Positions 56,545 through 64,000 of a DNA stretch of 64,000 nucleotides are shown one piece after another (positions within the stretch are counted from its first letter, which is position 1; every line of letters begins with the position of its first letter). A program made the translations under genes and the position numbers. Source of the stretch: Nitrospirota bacterium (GTDB lineage: Bacteria > Nitrospirota > Thermodesulfovibrionia > Thermodesulfovibrionales > JdFR-85); contig JAYWMQ010000006.1 of NCBI GenBank assembly GCA_035873375.1, positions 135,706 to 199,705 on the forward strand, read 5' to 3'. Under the pieces are notes generated by a model that was not told the DNA's origin, did not search any database, and saw nothing but the letters and a program-made list of their open reading frames with translations.

Positions 56545-57384
56545 ATGTACATACTTTTTGATATAGGAGCGACAAACATGCGCCTTGCTGCCTCAGCAGA
56601 CGGCAGGGCACTTGGGGAGATCAGAAATCTTGCTACCCCGAAAGAGTTTGAAGAAGGAATAGAGGTTTTTAAGGGTGCAGCCCTTGAGCTTGCCAAGGGT
56701 GAAAGGATTGAGGCTGTTGTGGGCGGGATAGCAGGACCTCTGAACAAGGACAAGACAATGGCCGTCGGCGGCCCCAATATTCCCGGCTGGTGGAATAAGC
56801 CACTCAAGGATGCTTTGGAGAAGGCATTAACAACGGTTGCATATATTGAAAATGACGCAGCAATGGGCACACTCGGAGAGGCAATTTACGGAGCAGGCAG
56901 GGGCTATCCCATAGTCGTATATATTACCGTAAGCACGGGCGTTGGCGGGGCAAGGGTAGTCAACGGTAAAATTGATGAATGCGCGATGGGCTTTGAACCC
57001 GGAGCGCAGATAATTGATGCAGGTAACGCCCTCTGTCCCGGGTGGAGTGAAAGGGGATACCTGATAAATTACATCTCAGGCGCAGACATAGAGAGACAGT
57101 GCGGGAAAAAGCCATATGAGATTACTGATGAAAAATTCTGGGATGACAGGGCAAGGTTTCTTGCATACGGCCTCAATAATATAACTGTTATCTGGTCTCC
57201 TGACATCATCATACTTGGGGGCTCCATGATGAACGAGATCGGCATCCCTGTCGAAAGGGTCCGTTATTATTTAAAAGAAGCGTTAAACATATTCCCCACC
57301 CCTCCAGTTGTAGAAAAGGCAAAGCTTGGAGATGAACTGAGCCTCTATGGTGCACTCGCCTATATCAATCAAAACCTGGAATAA
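56545..57384 (+). CDS. ROK-family sugar kinase (non-canonical: no E-x-G-H or Cys-rich Zn motif)
   Basis: DIGAT, ENDA, STGVGG. Confidence 0.85.
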   Translation: MYILFDIGATNMRLAASADGRALGEIRNLATPKEFEEGIEVFKGAALELAKGERIEAVVGGIAGPLNKDKTMAVGGPNIPGWWNKPLKDALEKALTTVAYIENDAAMGTLGEAIYGAGRGYPIVVYITVSTGVGGARVVNGKIDECAMGFEPGAQIIDAGNALCPGWSERGYLINYISGADIERQCGKKPYEITDEKFWDDRARFLAYGLNNITVIWSPDIIILGGSMMNEIGIPVERVRYYLKEALNIFPTPPVVEKAKLGDELSLYGALAYINQNLE

Positions 57385-57434
57385 ACAACTCTTTCAAACC
57401 TTATCTTATAACCTTAAATGCACTGATGATTAAA

Positions 57435-57501
57435 GAGTGACATGATAAACCCTTCACTCATTCTCGTCGGGCATCCGGCCCTCCTCCGAGGTAAGTATCA
57501 C
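57435..57501 (+). repeat. Structured intergenic repeat, truncated left half (copy D)
   Basis: gacatgataaaccctt-cactcattctcg-hairpin-tccgagg-taagtatcac. Confidence 0.75.
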
Positions 57502-57633
57502 TCTTTTACATCACCCAACGCTGTTTAATCGCGGTATCCGGAATTAAAGTTAAATATCCGTTTATCTCTGAAGTACAGCATTTTGTGATCCTGTAAACAC
57601 CTTGTTGTATTAAAATAAAATCCTGCTGAAATA

Positions 57634-57666
57634 ATACTTGACAGATATGGTTAAGTATTTTATAAT
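57634..57666 (+). promoter_or_regulatory. Consensus sigma70 promoter overlapped by an IscR type-1-like operator
   Basis: TTGACA 57638-57643, 17 nt, TATAAT 57661-57666. ATACTTGACAGATATGGTTAAGTAT (57634-57658) matches 22/25 of ATASYYGACTRwwwYAGTCRRSTAT. Confidence 0.85.
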
Positions 57667-57671
57667 TATTT

Positions 57672-58130
57672 ATGCTCAGGTTATCGACAAAGGGTCAGTA
57701 CGGCGTGAGGGCCATGTTTGAGATAGCGCGGGGGTATCCTGATGAACCCGTTAATATCAAGGTAATCTCGGAAAGGCAGGATGTCTCCCCTCATTACCTT
57801 GAGCAGATACTCAACAGGCTGCGACGTTCAGGCCTTATACGGAGTGTTAAAGGCCCCGGCGGCGGGTATCTCCTTACAAACAGACCTGAGGAGATAAGCA
57901 TCTCGGAGATACTGAGGGAACTTGAAGGCCCGGTTGCCATAACCTCGTGTCTCAATCCTGCGGAGGGGTGCGTGAGGGTTGATAGCTGTGTTACCCACCT
58001 CCTGTGGAAGGCGTTGGGAAGACAGATTGAGGAATTTTTAAACACCATAACCCTTGCTGACCTCCTGAGCGGTAAGTCATATGACGATTTTACGCTTATA
58101 GCCGGAAAGGGCAAGGGTGCAGTGGCATGA
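57672..58130 (+). CDS. iscR: Rrf2-family regulator, IscR-type
   Basis: SVKGPGGGY wing, and Cys-Cys-Cys-His ligands in SCLNPAEGCVRVDSCVTH. Confidence 0.88.
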   Translation: MLRLSTKGQYGVRAMFEIARGYPDEPVNIKVISERQDVSPHYLEQILNRLRRSGLIRSVKGPGGGYLLTNRPEEISISEILRELEGPVAITSCLNPAEGCVRVDSCVTHLLWKALGRQIEEFLNTITLADLLSGKSYDDFTLIAGKGKGAVA

Positions 58131-58387
58131 AAAAGGTCAGGTTTGTAGACCATATAACACCTGATGTAACCACTGATATAGTCTACATGATGTGTCCGAT
58201 GCACTTGCTCAAGCTTGATGAGATGATGGGAAAACTGAAGAGCGGGCAGATACTTGAGCTCCTCACTGACTATGACGGCGCCCTTGAAGACATACCCGAT
58301 TGGTGTGAAAATACGGGGAATGAATTTATTGGTGTTGATGAGACTGATGATTACTTCAAGTTTTATATCAGAAAAACGGGCTCATAA
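58127..58387 (+). CDS. tusA: TusA-family sulfur carrier (CPMH instead of CPxP)
   Basis: MMCPMHLLK...LELLTDYDGALEDIPDWC...FYIRK. Confidence 0.8.
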   Translation: MKKVRFVDHITPDVTTDIVYMMCPMHLLKLDEMMGKLKSGQILELLTDYDGALEDIPDWCENTGNEFIGVDETDDYFKFYIRKTGS

Positions 58388-58416
58388 CTAAATGGCCCTG
58401 ACAGAAGGAGACCATC

Positions 58417-59613
58417 ATGGAGTGTTATTTTGATCATGTAGCAACAACCCCCTTAAGACCAGAGGTGCTGGATGCAATGATGCCCTATTTCAGGGAGGAA
58501 TTTGGAAACCCGCTGAGCATTTACCCGCTTGGGACTAAAGCCAGAGAAGCGGTTGAAAATGCAAGGGAGCAGGTTGCAGGACTTATAAATGCCAAAAATA
58601 CCGAGATAATATTTACATCAAACGGCGCAGAGGCCAATAATTTTGCACTCAGGGGCATTGCCTTTGCCCGCCAGCATGAGGGCAAGCATATCATAGTCAC
58701 AAGGATGGAACACCACTCGATACTTAATTCCGCAAGGTTCCTTGAAAAGATGGGTTTTACGGCAACTTATCTGCCCCCTGATAAATACGGCCTGATAGAC
58801 CCCGAGGCTGTCAGAAAGGCAATCATTGATGAGACAATAGTAATCTCCGTAATACATGCCAGCCCAGAGGTCGGTACGATCGAACCAATAAGTGAAATAG
58901 CCTCCATTGCAAGGGAGAGAAACATTACTCTTCACACCGATGCCGTTGCCTCAATAGGCAACATCCCCGTTGATGTAAAGGAACTCGGCGTAGACCTCCT
59001 CAGCATGTCGGCCCATCAGTTCAATGGTCCTAAAGGTGCAGGGGCCCTGTATCTCAGGGAAGGCCAGAGGATTATACCCCTTATCTTCGGCGGCATCCAG
59101 GAAGGCGGACGAAGGGCGGGAACTGAAAACGTTCCGGCAATAGCTGGTATGGGCAGGGCTGCAGAGATTTCAAAGGCTGAGTTACCCATGAGGGTTGAAA
59201 ATATCAGGCAACTGAGGGACAGGCTCATCAAGGGCATCATGAAGCTTGAAGACGTCCATTTTACGGGCCATCCTGAAAGGAGGCTGCCCGGACATGCCAG
59301 TTTCTGTGTGGAGTATATAGAAGGGGAAGGAATGCTACTCATGCTTGCAGCAAAAGGGATATACGTTGCAAGCGGCTCGGCATGTACGTCAAAGGCTCTA
59401 AAATCCTCACCGGTGCTGCTCTCAATGGGAGTCCCTACACATGTAGCACATGGCTCTGTAGTCTTCACGCTCGGAGCAGACAATACGGAAGAACAGATTG
59501 AGTATGCCCTTGAGGAGTTTCCTCAGATAATCAAGAGACTACGAGAACTCTCACCCTTTTCCAAGGGGTGGGGAGAGATTGAGGAGGGTGGAACATGTAT
59601 TCCAAAGAAGTGA
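58417..59613 (+). CDS. iscS: IscS/NifS-family protein lacking the PLP-binding lysine
   Basis: Fold motifs ATTP, EHHS, HTDA, GTEN and SGSACTS are present. SAHQFNGPKG replaces SxHKxxGPKG. Confidence 0.9.
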   Translation: MECYFDHVATTPLRPEVLDAMMPYFREEFGNPLSIYPLGTKAREAVENAREQVAGLINAKNTEIIFTSNGAEANNFALRGIAFARQHEGKHIIVTRMEHHSILNSARFLEKMGFTATYLPPDKYGLIDPEAVRKAIIDETIVISVIHASPEVGTIEPISEIASIARERNITLHTDAVASIGNIPVDVKELGVDLLSMSAHQFNGPKGAGALYLREGQRIIPLIFGGIQEGGRRAGTENVPAIAGMGRAAEISKAELPMRVENIRQLRDRLIKGIMKLEDVHFTGHPERRLPGHASFCVEYIEGEGMLLMLAAKGIYVASGSACTSKALKSSPVLLSMGVPTHVAHGSVVFTLGADNTEEQIEYALEEFPQIIKRLRELSPFSKGWGEIEEGGTCIPKK

Positions 59614-59990
59614 TGGATCATTTCATGAATCCAAGAAATGTGGGCGAGATGCCTGATGCAGACGGAGTGGGCTCAGAGGGCAACCCTGTCTGCGGGGACA
59701 TGATGAAGCTCTTTATCAAGGTGAAAGACAACAGGATCGTGGAAGCAAAATTCCAGACATTTGGCTGCGGTGCCGCCATAGCAGTAAGCAGTATGATAAC
59801 GGAGATGATAAAGGGCAAGACCCTTGAGGAAGCCATGTCTATATCAAAGGAACAGGTTGCAAGTGCCCTCGGCGGATTACCCCCGCAGAAGATGCACTGC
59901 TCCAACCTCGGCGCTGATGCGCTGAGAAAGGCGATAGATGATTACAGACAGAAACAGGGAAAAGGCGAGGAAACCTCGCCACTACCTTAA
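59595..59990 (+). CDS. iscU: Fe-S scaffold IscU/NifU-N
   Basis: GNPVCGD, FGCGAAIA, KMHCS. Confidence 0.95.
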   Translation: MYSKEVMDHFMNPRNVGEMPDADGVGSEGNPVCGDMMKLFIKVKDNRIVEAKFQTFGCGAAIAVSSMITEMIKGKTLEEAMSISKEQVASALGGLPPQKMHCSNLGADALRKAIDDYRQKQGKGEETSPLP

Positions 59991-60015
59991 GAAGGCGGGG
60001 AAACCCCGCCACTAC
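59964..60015 (-). repeat. Two tandem GTAG-type REP-like palindromes (30-nt period)
   Basis: Minus strand GTAGT-GGCGAGG-TTT-CCTCGCC and GTAGT-GGCGGGG-TTT-CCCCGCC, related by a compensatory change. Confidence 0.8.
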
Positions 60016-60148
60016 CAATAACCTCGTCAGTGAATCAGAAATCATTATAGAAAGCCAGGCAAAGCAATTATTCTTTGCATGACCTGCTGTTTTTCTGTTA
60101 GAATATCCGTTAATTATCAATCGTCAATCGTAGATTGTCAATCAATAT

Positions 60149-60241
<93 letters not shown>

Positions 60242-60259
60242 AATATGCGAGAAAAGAAG

Positions 60260-60281
60260 GGCGAGGTAACCTCGCCACTAC
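60260..60281 (-). repeat. Third GTAG-type REP-like palindrome
   Basis: ggcgagg-taa-cctcgcc-actac. Confidence 0.8.
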
Positions 60282-60309
60282 AACAACCTGTTGAAAAAAA
60301 ACTGTATCA

Positions 60310-61086
60310 TTAACGGGTCAACGCATGACTGATTATGTTTGCAAGCCCTTCAAGAAGAAATATAAGTGACTCCACATCCAGAAACCTGTCCGCCGAGCTG
60401 TCAAAGAGTATTTTGCACGTTGAAGAACCCATAACATCAAGGTCATTATCCTCCTTCCAGTAAAGGATAAGTACCGGAATTTTCGGCAGTGCCTGAAGTC
60501 TCCACGCATGGTCTGCTGACTCGGAAGCCGTTTCTTCTGCACCAAGCCGGGACAGCATGGCTCCAGTCCGCACAATATCACGGTCCAGCAACTCTCTCAG
60601 GGGTTCCTCACAATCGCGGTGAAAGGATGACGCCTTTACCAGACCGGCTTTGAGCTCTGAAAACGAGACCCATCTGCCTGCAGGCTCACCCCTGCCGCCG
60701 GTCCTTATATAGTGCAGCAGGAGTATTTTTATCCAGGGATTTATGTATCCACGAGTGGTTATATCTCCACCCGGGCTGACCAGAAAATCCATTCCAAGGC
60801 AGCTTATCTTCATTGACCCGTCAACAAGTTCTGCACCTATCCCGCCGGCACAAAGGGGAAAATCAAGTCTGCTCACCTCTTCCCTGAGACTCGCTATCAG
60901 GCTTTCACGCCAGTCAGCCCCTTTTGCACCCCTTAACTCCTCTGCAACGGCAGCCTCAAGGTAAGGACAATTCTCTACATCCGTTCCGCCTTTAACTAAT
61001 GAGAGTGCAAAGGCCATGCAGGTCTTCTCAGGACATTGGCCGCAATTCTTTCCCGGCAGCTTTTTATATACATCAATAGTATTCAT
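60310..61086 (-). CDS. Fe-S domain plus DUF3786-like protein
   Basis: N-terminal LPGKNCGQCPEKTCMAFA...CPYL, then WVSFSELKAG...ALPKIPV...LFD. Confidence 0.8.
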   Translation of the reverse strand: MNTIDVYKKLPGKNCGQCPEKTCMAFALSLVKGGTDVENCPYLEAAVAEELRGAKGADWRESLIASLREEVSRLDFPLCAGGIGAELVDGSMKISCLGMDFLVSPGGDITTRGYINPWIKILLLHYIRTGGRGEPAGRWVSFSELKAGLVKASSFHRDCEEPLRELLDRDIVRTGAMLSRLGAEETASESADHAWRLQALPKIPVLILYWKEDNDLDVMGSSTCKILFDSSADRFLDVESLIFLLEGLANIISHALTR

Positions 61087-61099
61087 CTTTATTTCCTCC

Positions 61100-62548
61100 T
61101 TATTTTTTCCAGAAATGGGGAATAAACAGTATAATCACCGTATAAACCTCAAGCCTTCCCACAAGCATACAAAATATAAGTACCCATTTTGCCATATACG
61201 GTAACCCGGCATAGTTCTCTGCAGGACCGGCCCCGCCAAGGGCAGGCCCTACATTGCAGAGTGCGGAAACAACAGTTGAAGCGGCTGTAATAATATCTAT
61301 CCCCTGTAATGTCATCACAAGCGTTGCACTGACCCATATTATCAGAAAGAGAAATAGAAATCCCCAGATGCTGCCCAATATCTCTTTTGGAACGAATTTG
61401 TCCTCCAGTTTCAGCACGGTCACTGCCCTGGGATGGATGAGCTGGTAGAGCTCCCTGTATGCCTGCTTGAACATCAGCAATATCCTTACCTGCTTCATGC
61501 CACCACCGGTCGAACCAATCATCCCCCCAAAAAACATCAGGATAACGAGGAGCAACTGGGCAAAGTAGGTCCATTTTTCATAATCAGCAGTGACATAGCC
61601 TGTTGTTGTCATTATTGAAACCACCTGAAACGATGCATACCTGACAGACTCCAGGAGAGTGCTGTAATCCCTCCCCCAAAGGTCTATGGTCAACAGTGCT
61701 ATGGCAATAACAGTGACCCTCAGATAAAACCTGAACTCGTCACTCCTTGCAAACTTTGAAAGGTCGCCCTTGAAGGCATAAAAATAGAGAGTATAATTTA
61801 TCCCTGCAAGAAACATAAATACAGTTGTGACTGCATCTATATAAGGACTGTTATAATATCCGATACTCGTATTCTTTGTAGAAAACCCCCCCGTTGCAAG
61901 GGTGGTAAACGAGTGACTGATGCCATCATATACGGTCATGCCGCCAAGTATGAAAAGGATCGCAGCCAGTGCCGTAAGAGATGCATATATATACCACAAT
62001 GCCTTTGCCGTATCCACAATCCTTGGCCTTAATTTATCAACGGTAATCTCGGGCACTTCGGCCTTAAACAACTGCATGCCTCCGCCGCCAAGCATGGGCA
62101 GCACGGCAAGGGAGAAGAGCACTATGCCCATTCCACCCAACCACTGGGTCAGGCTTCTCCAGAAAAGAACCCCTTTTTGAGCTCCTTCAATATTTCCGAG
62201 CACTGATGCCCCGGTTGTAGTAAAGCCGGCCATGGCCTCAAAATATGCATCTGTAAAGGATGCAAAGGTCTGGGAAAACAGAAAGGGCAGTGAACTGAAA
62301 AACGTAACGACTACCCAGCTGGCTGTAACAGCAAGAAAGCCGTCCCTGTGTCTCAGGTCCTCCTTTCTCGACTTCCTGGTAAGGAAAAAAAGCGCCATAC
62401 CCGAAAAAAAAGTTACCGCAAAAGAATAAATCAGTGCTATCAGGTCACTTCCGTTAAAATAAAGAGATACACCTATGGGAAAGAGCATAAAGAATGAGAC
62501 AATAAGGACAACTATTCCGGTGAGGTTTACAATGGTCTTCCAGTTCAT
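61100..62548 (-). CDS. trkH: Trk potassium uptake membrane protein
   Basis: Pore motifs FTTTGAS, LATGGFS, MTTTGY, GGSTGGG-like and LCNVGPA; GRLE. Confidence 0.95.
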   Translation of the reverse strand: MNWKTIVNLTGIVVLIVSFFMLFPIGVSLYFNGSDLIALIYSFAVTFFSGMALFFLTRKSRKEDLRHRDGFLAVTASWVVVTFFSSLPFLFSQTFASFTDAYFEAMAGFTTTGASVLGNIEGAQKGVLFWRSLTQWLGGMGIVLFSLAVLPMLGGGGMQLFKAEVPEITVDKLRPRIVDTAKALWYIYASLTALAAILFILGGMTVYDGISHSFTTLATGGFSTKNTSIGYYNSPYIDAVTTVFMFLAGINYTLYFYAFKGDLSKFARSDEFRFYLRVTVIAIALLTIDLWGRDYSTLLESVRYASFQVVSIMTTTGYVTADYEKWTYFAQLLLVILMFFGGMIGSTGGGMKQVRILLMFKQAYRELYQLIHPRAVTVLKLEDKFVPKEILGSIWGFLFLFLIIWVSATLVMTLQGIDIITAASTVVSALCNVGPALGGAGPAENYAGLPYMAKWVLIFCMLVGRLEVYTVIILFIPHFWKK

Positions 62549-63891
62549 AGCAACAGGTTTTCTATCTGTCTTATGGACTCTCTGAGGGCAAAAATAATCA
62601 GCCTGTCGCCTTTTCTTATTATATCGTCACCACCGGGTATGATTACTTCACCATTACGGATAATTGCACCAATCAGGGCAGAGACCGGTATTTTTGCATC
62701 CTTCAGTCTCTTGCCGATAAAGTTTGATTTTTCACCAACCCCGGCCTCGATAATCTCGGCCATGTCTTCTGCAATTGCGGTAAGACTCAGAATCTCTCCA
62801 CGTCTGATGTATCTCAGAATGGAACTTGCCGTAATAAGCCTTGGACTTATTACCACCTCAATCCCGAGACTGTGGGCAAGGGGCAGATAGTCTGTCCGGT
62901 TAACCACGGTTATTACTTTCCTCACCCCGAGCCTTTTTGCAAGCAGGGAAGACATGATGTTAAGTTCTTCATTATTGGAGATGGCTGCAAAGACATCCAT
63001 TGAACTTATGTTCTCCTCATCAAGCAGTCCCCTGTCGGCACCGTCACCAATCAGCACTACAGTACGCCGCAGGTTCTTTATGAGGAACTTGCATCTCTCC
63101 GGATTCTTCTCGATTATCTTGACGGTCACGTCCTTCTTTTCCATCTCCCTTGCTACATGAAACCCTATCCTGCCACCCCCCACTATAATCATATTCCTTA
63201 CAGGTTTCAGGGCACCACTGATTAAGGCCGCCGTCCTGTGGACGTGGTCACTGTGAACAGGCAGATAGACGATATCGTTCTCCTCAATCCTGTCCTTTCC
63301 AGTGGGGATTATCGCGCTGTTCTCACGCTGAATAATGCCTATCAGCACTTTTTCCCTTATTCTTTCCCTGAACTCCTGTAAAGTCTTTCCGGCAAGCAGG
63401 GAGTCTTTCTGAACCCTGAAACCGATAACCTTTATCATGCCCCCCTCAAACTCTTCAACATCAGTGGCAAACGGGGCATCGATAATCCTGAGAATCGCGC
63501 TTGCAGATTCAAGTTCAGGGTTAATAACAGGGGCTATATCAAGGTTATCCCTTGCAAGGAGAAGCCTGTTGGCATAATACTCATCGTTTCTTATCCTTGC
63601 AATCTTCCGCGGTATATTAAAGAGGGCCTTGGCCACGAGGCAGGAGATCATATTGGTCTCGTCACTATTGGTTACTGCAAGCAGAATGGATGCCTTCTCA
63701 GCGCCGGCCTCCTTCAGAACCGCAGGGGATCCACCCTCCCCCTCCACTACGGCAATATCAAGCTCCTCACTTATTCTACTGAGCTGCTCCTTATTTGTAT
63801 CAACAACAACAACCTCCACCTCTTCTTCCCTGGATAGGAATTTTGATATATGGTATCCTACCTCACCGGCACCTATAATGATAATTCTCAT
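62545..63891 (-). CDS. trkA: Trk potassium uptake RCK protein
   Basis: Two Rossmann motifs GAGEVG and GGGRIG. Start moved to ATG 63891, which has TGtTATAAT 7 nt upstream. Confidence 0.95.
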   Translation of the reverse strand: MRIIIIGAGEVGYHISKFLSREEEVEVVVVDTNKEQLSRISEELDIAVVEGEGGSPAVLKEAGAEKASILLAVTNSDETNMISCLVAKALFNIPRKIARIRNDEYYANRLLLARDNLDIAPVINPELESASAILRIIDAPFATDVEEFEGGMIKVIGFRVQKDSLLAGKTLQEFRERIREKVLIGIIQRENSAIIPTGKDRIEENDIVYLPVHSDHVHRTAALISGALKPVRNMIIVGGGRIGFHVAREMEKKDVTVKIIEKNPERCKFLIKNLRRTVVLIGDGADRGLLDEENISSMDVFAAISNNEELNIMSSLLAKRLGVRKVITVVNRTDYLPLAHSLGIEVVISPRLITASSILRYIRRGEILSLTAIAEDMAEIIEAGVGEKSNFIGKRLKDAKIPVSALIGAIIRNGEVIIPGGDDIIRKGDRLIIFALRESIRQIENLLL

Positions 63892-64000
63892 AACGAAGAT
63901 TATAACATAACAAAAAAGAAGGGTTACATCACCCGGAACAAGGCTGTTTGGAGAAACTCTGGAACCGATTAAACTCAAATATGGAAAAAACCTTTAAATT

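Noticed and set aside
57423-57445. Hammerhead ribozyme (CTGATGA)
   Set aside because: No stem II followed by GAAA and no flanking stems
59964-60015. CRISPR mini-array
   Set aside because: 8-nt spacing and a GTAG-hairpin form fit REP, not CRISPR

Overview
A 64-kb chromosomal window from a diderm anaerobe. Gene content (PPDK, RACo/AcsE-like corrinoid proteins, class III RNR, Rrf2-TusA-IscS-IscU) suggests Nitrospirota/Thermodesulfovibrionia or a similar lineage; this is inference. 1-4.1 kb: three co-oriented accessory ORFs (restriction-endonuclease-like partial, FN3/repeat lipoprotein, DUF4062-like protein), two of them preceded by attC-like sites, with no integrase nearby. 4.3-25 kb: mostly housekeeping genes (OprI-like lipoprotein, ppdK, priA with degenerate helicase motifs, ribF, purM, M23+bactofilin, moeA, ASKHA, TPR, ispE, trmB, waaF-gmhB, mscS, csp, lipA) plus a TA pair. 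25-43.9 kb: an about 18.6-kb minus-strand cluster under a cobalamin riboswitch: TonB-dependent receptor, ECF ATPase, ChlD, ChlI, CobN, beta-propeller lipoprotein, an ECF S-like domain fused to a large periplasmic domain, EcfT, CbiZ, TonB-ExbB-ExbD. 44-48.3 kb: AcsE-like methyltransferase, nrdG-nrdD and a second near-identical riboswitch. 48.4-64 kb: two TA pairs, aldolase, gnd/pgl/ROK split by an SBBP-repeat gene, iscR-tusA-iscS-iscU, tRNA-Ser(GCT), DUF3786, trkH, trkA. Strongest signals: (1) a family of about 113-138-nt covarying structured intergenic repeats, with all five main copies co-oriented with the upstream gene; (2) the B12-controlled import/chelatase cluster with an unusual ECF S fusion; (3) an IscS lacking its PLP lysine and other catalytic residues while keeping the loop Cys; (4) an ATPase-dead PriA; (5) attC-like sites without an integrase. 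No database searches were run, so family names come from motif recognition.
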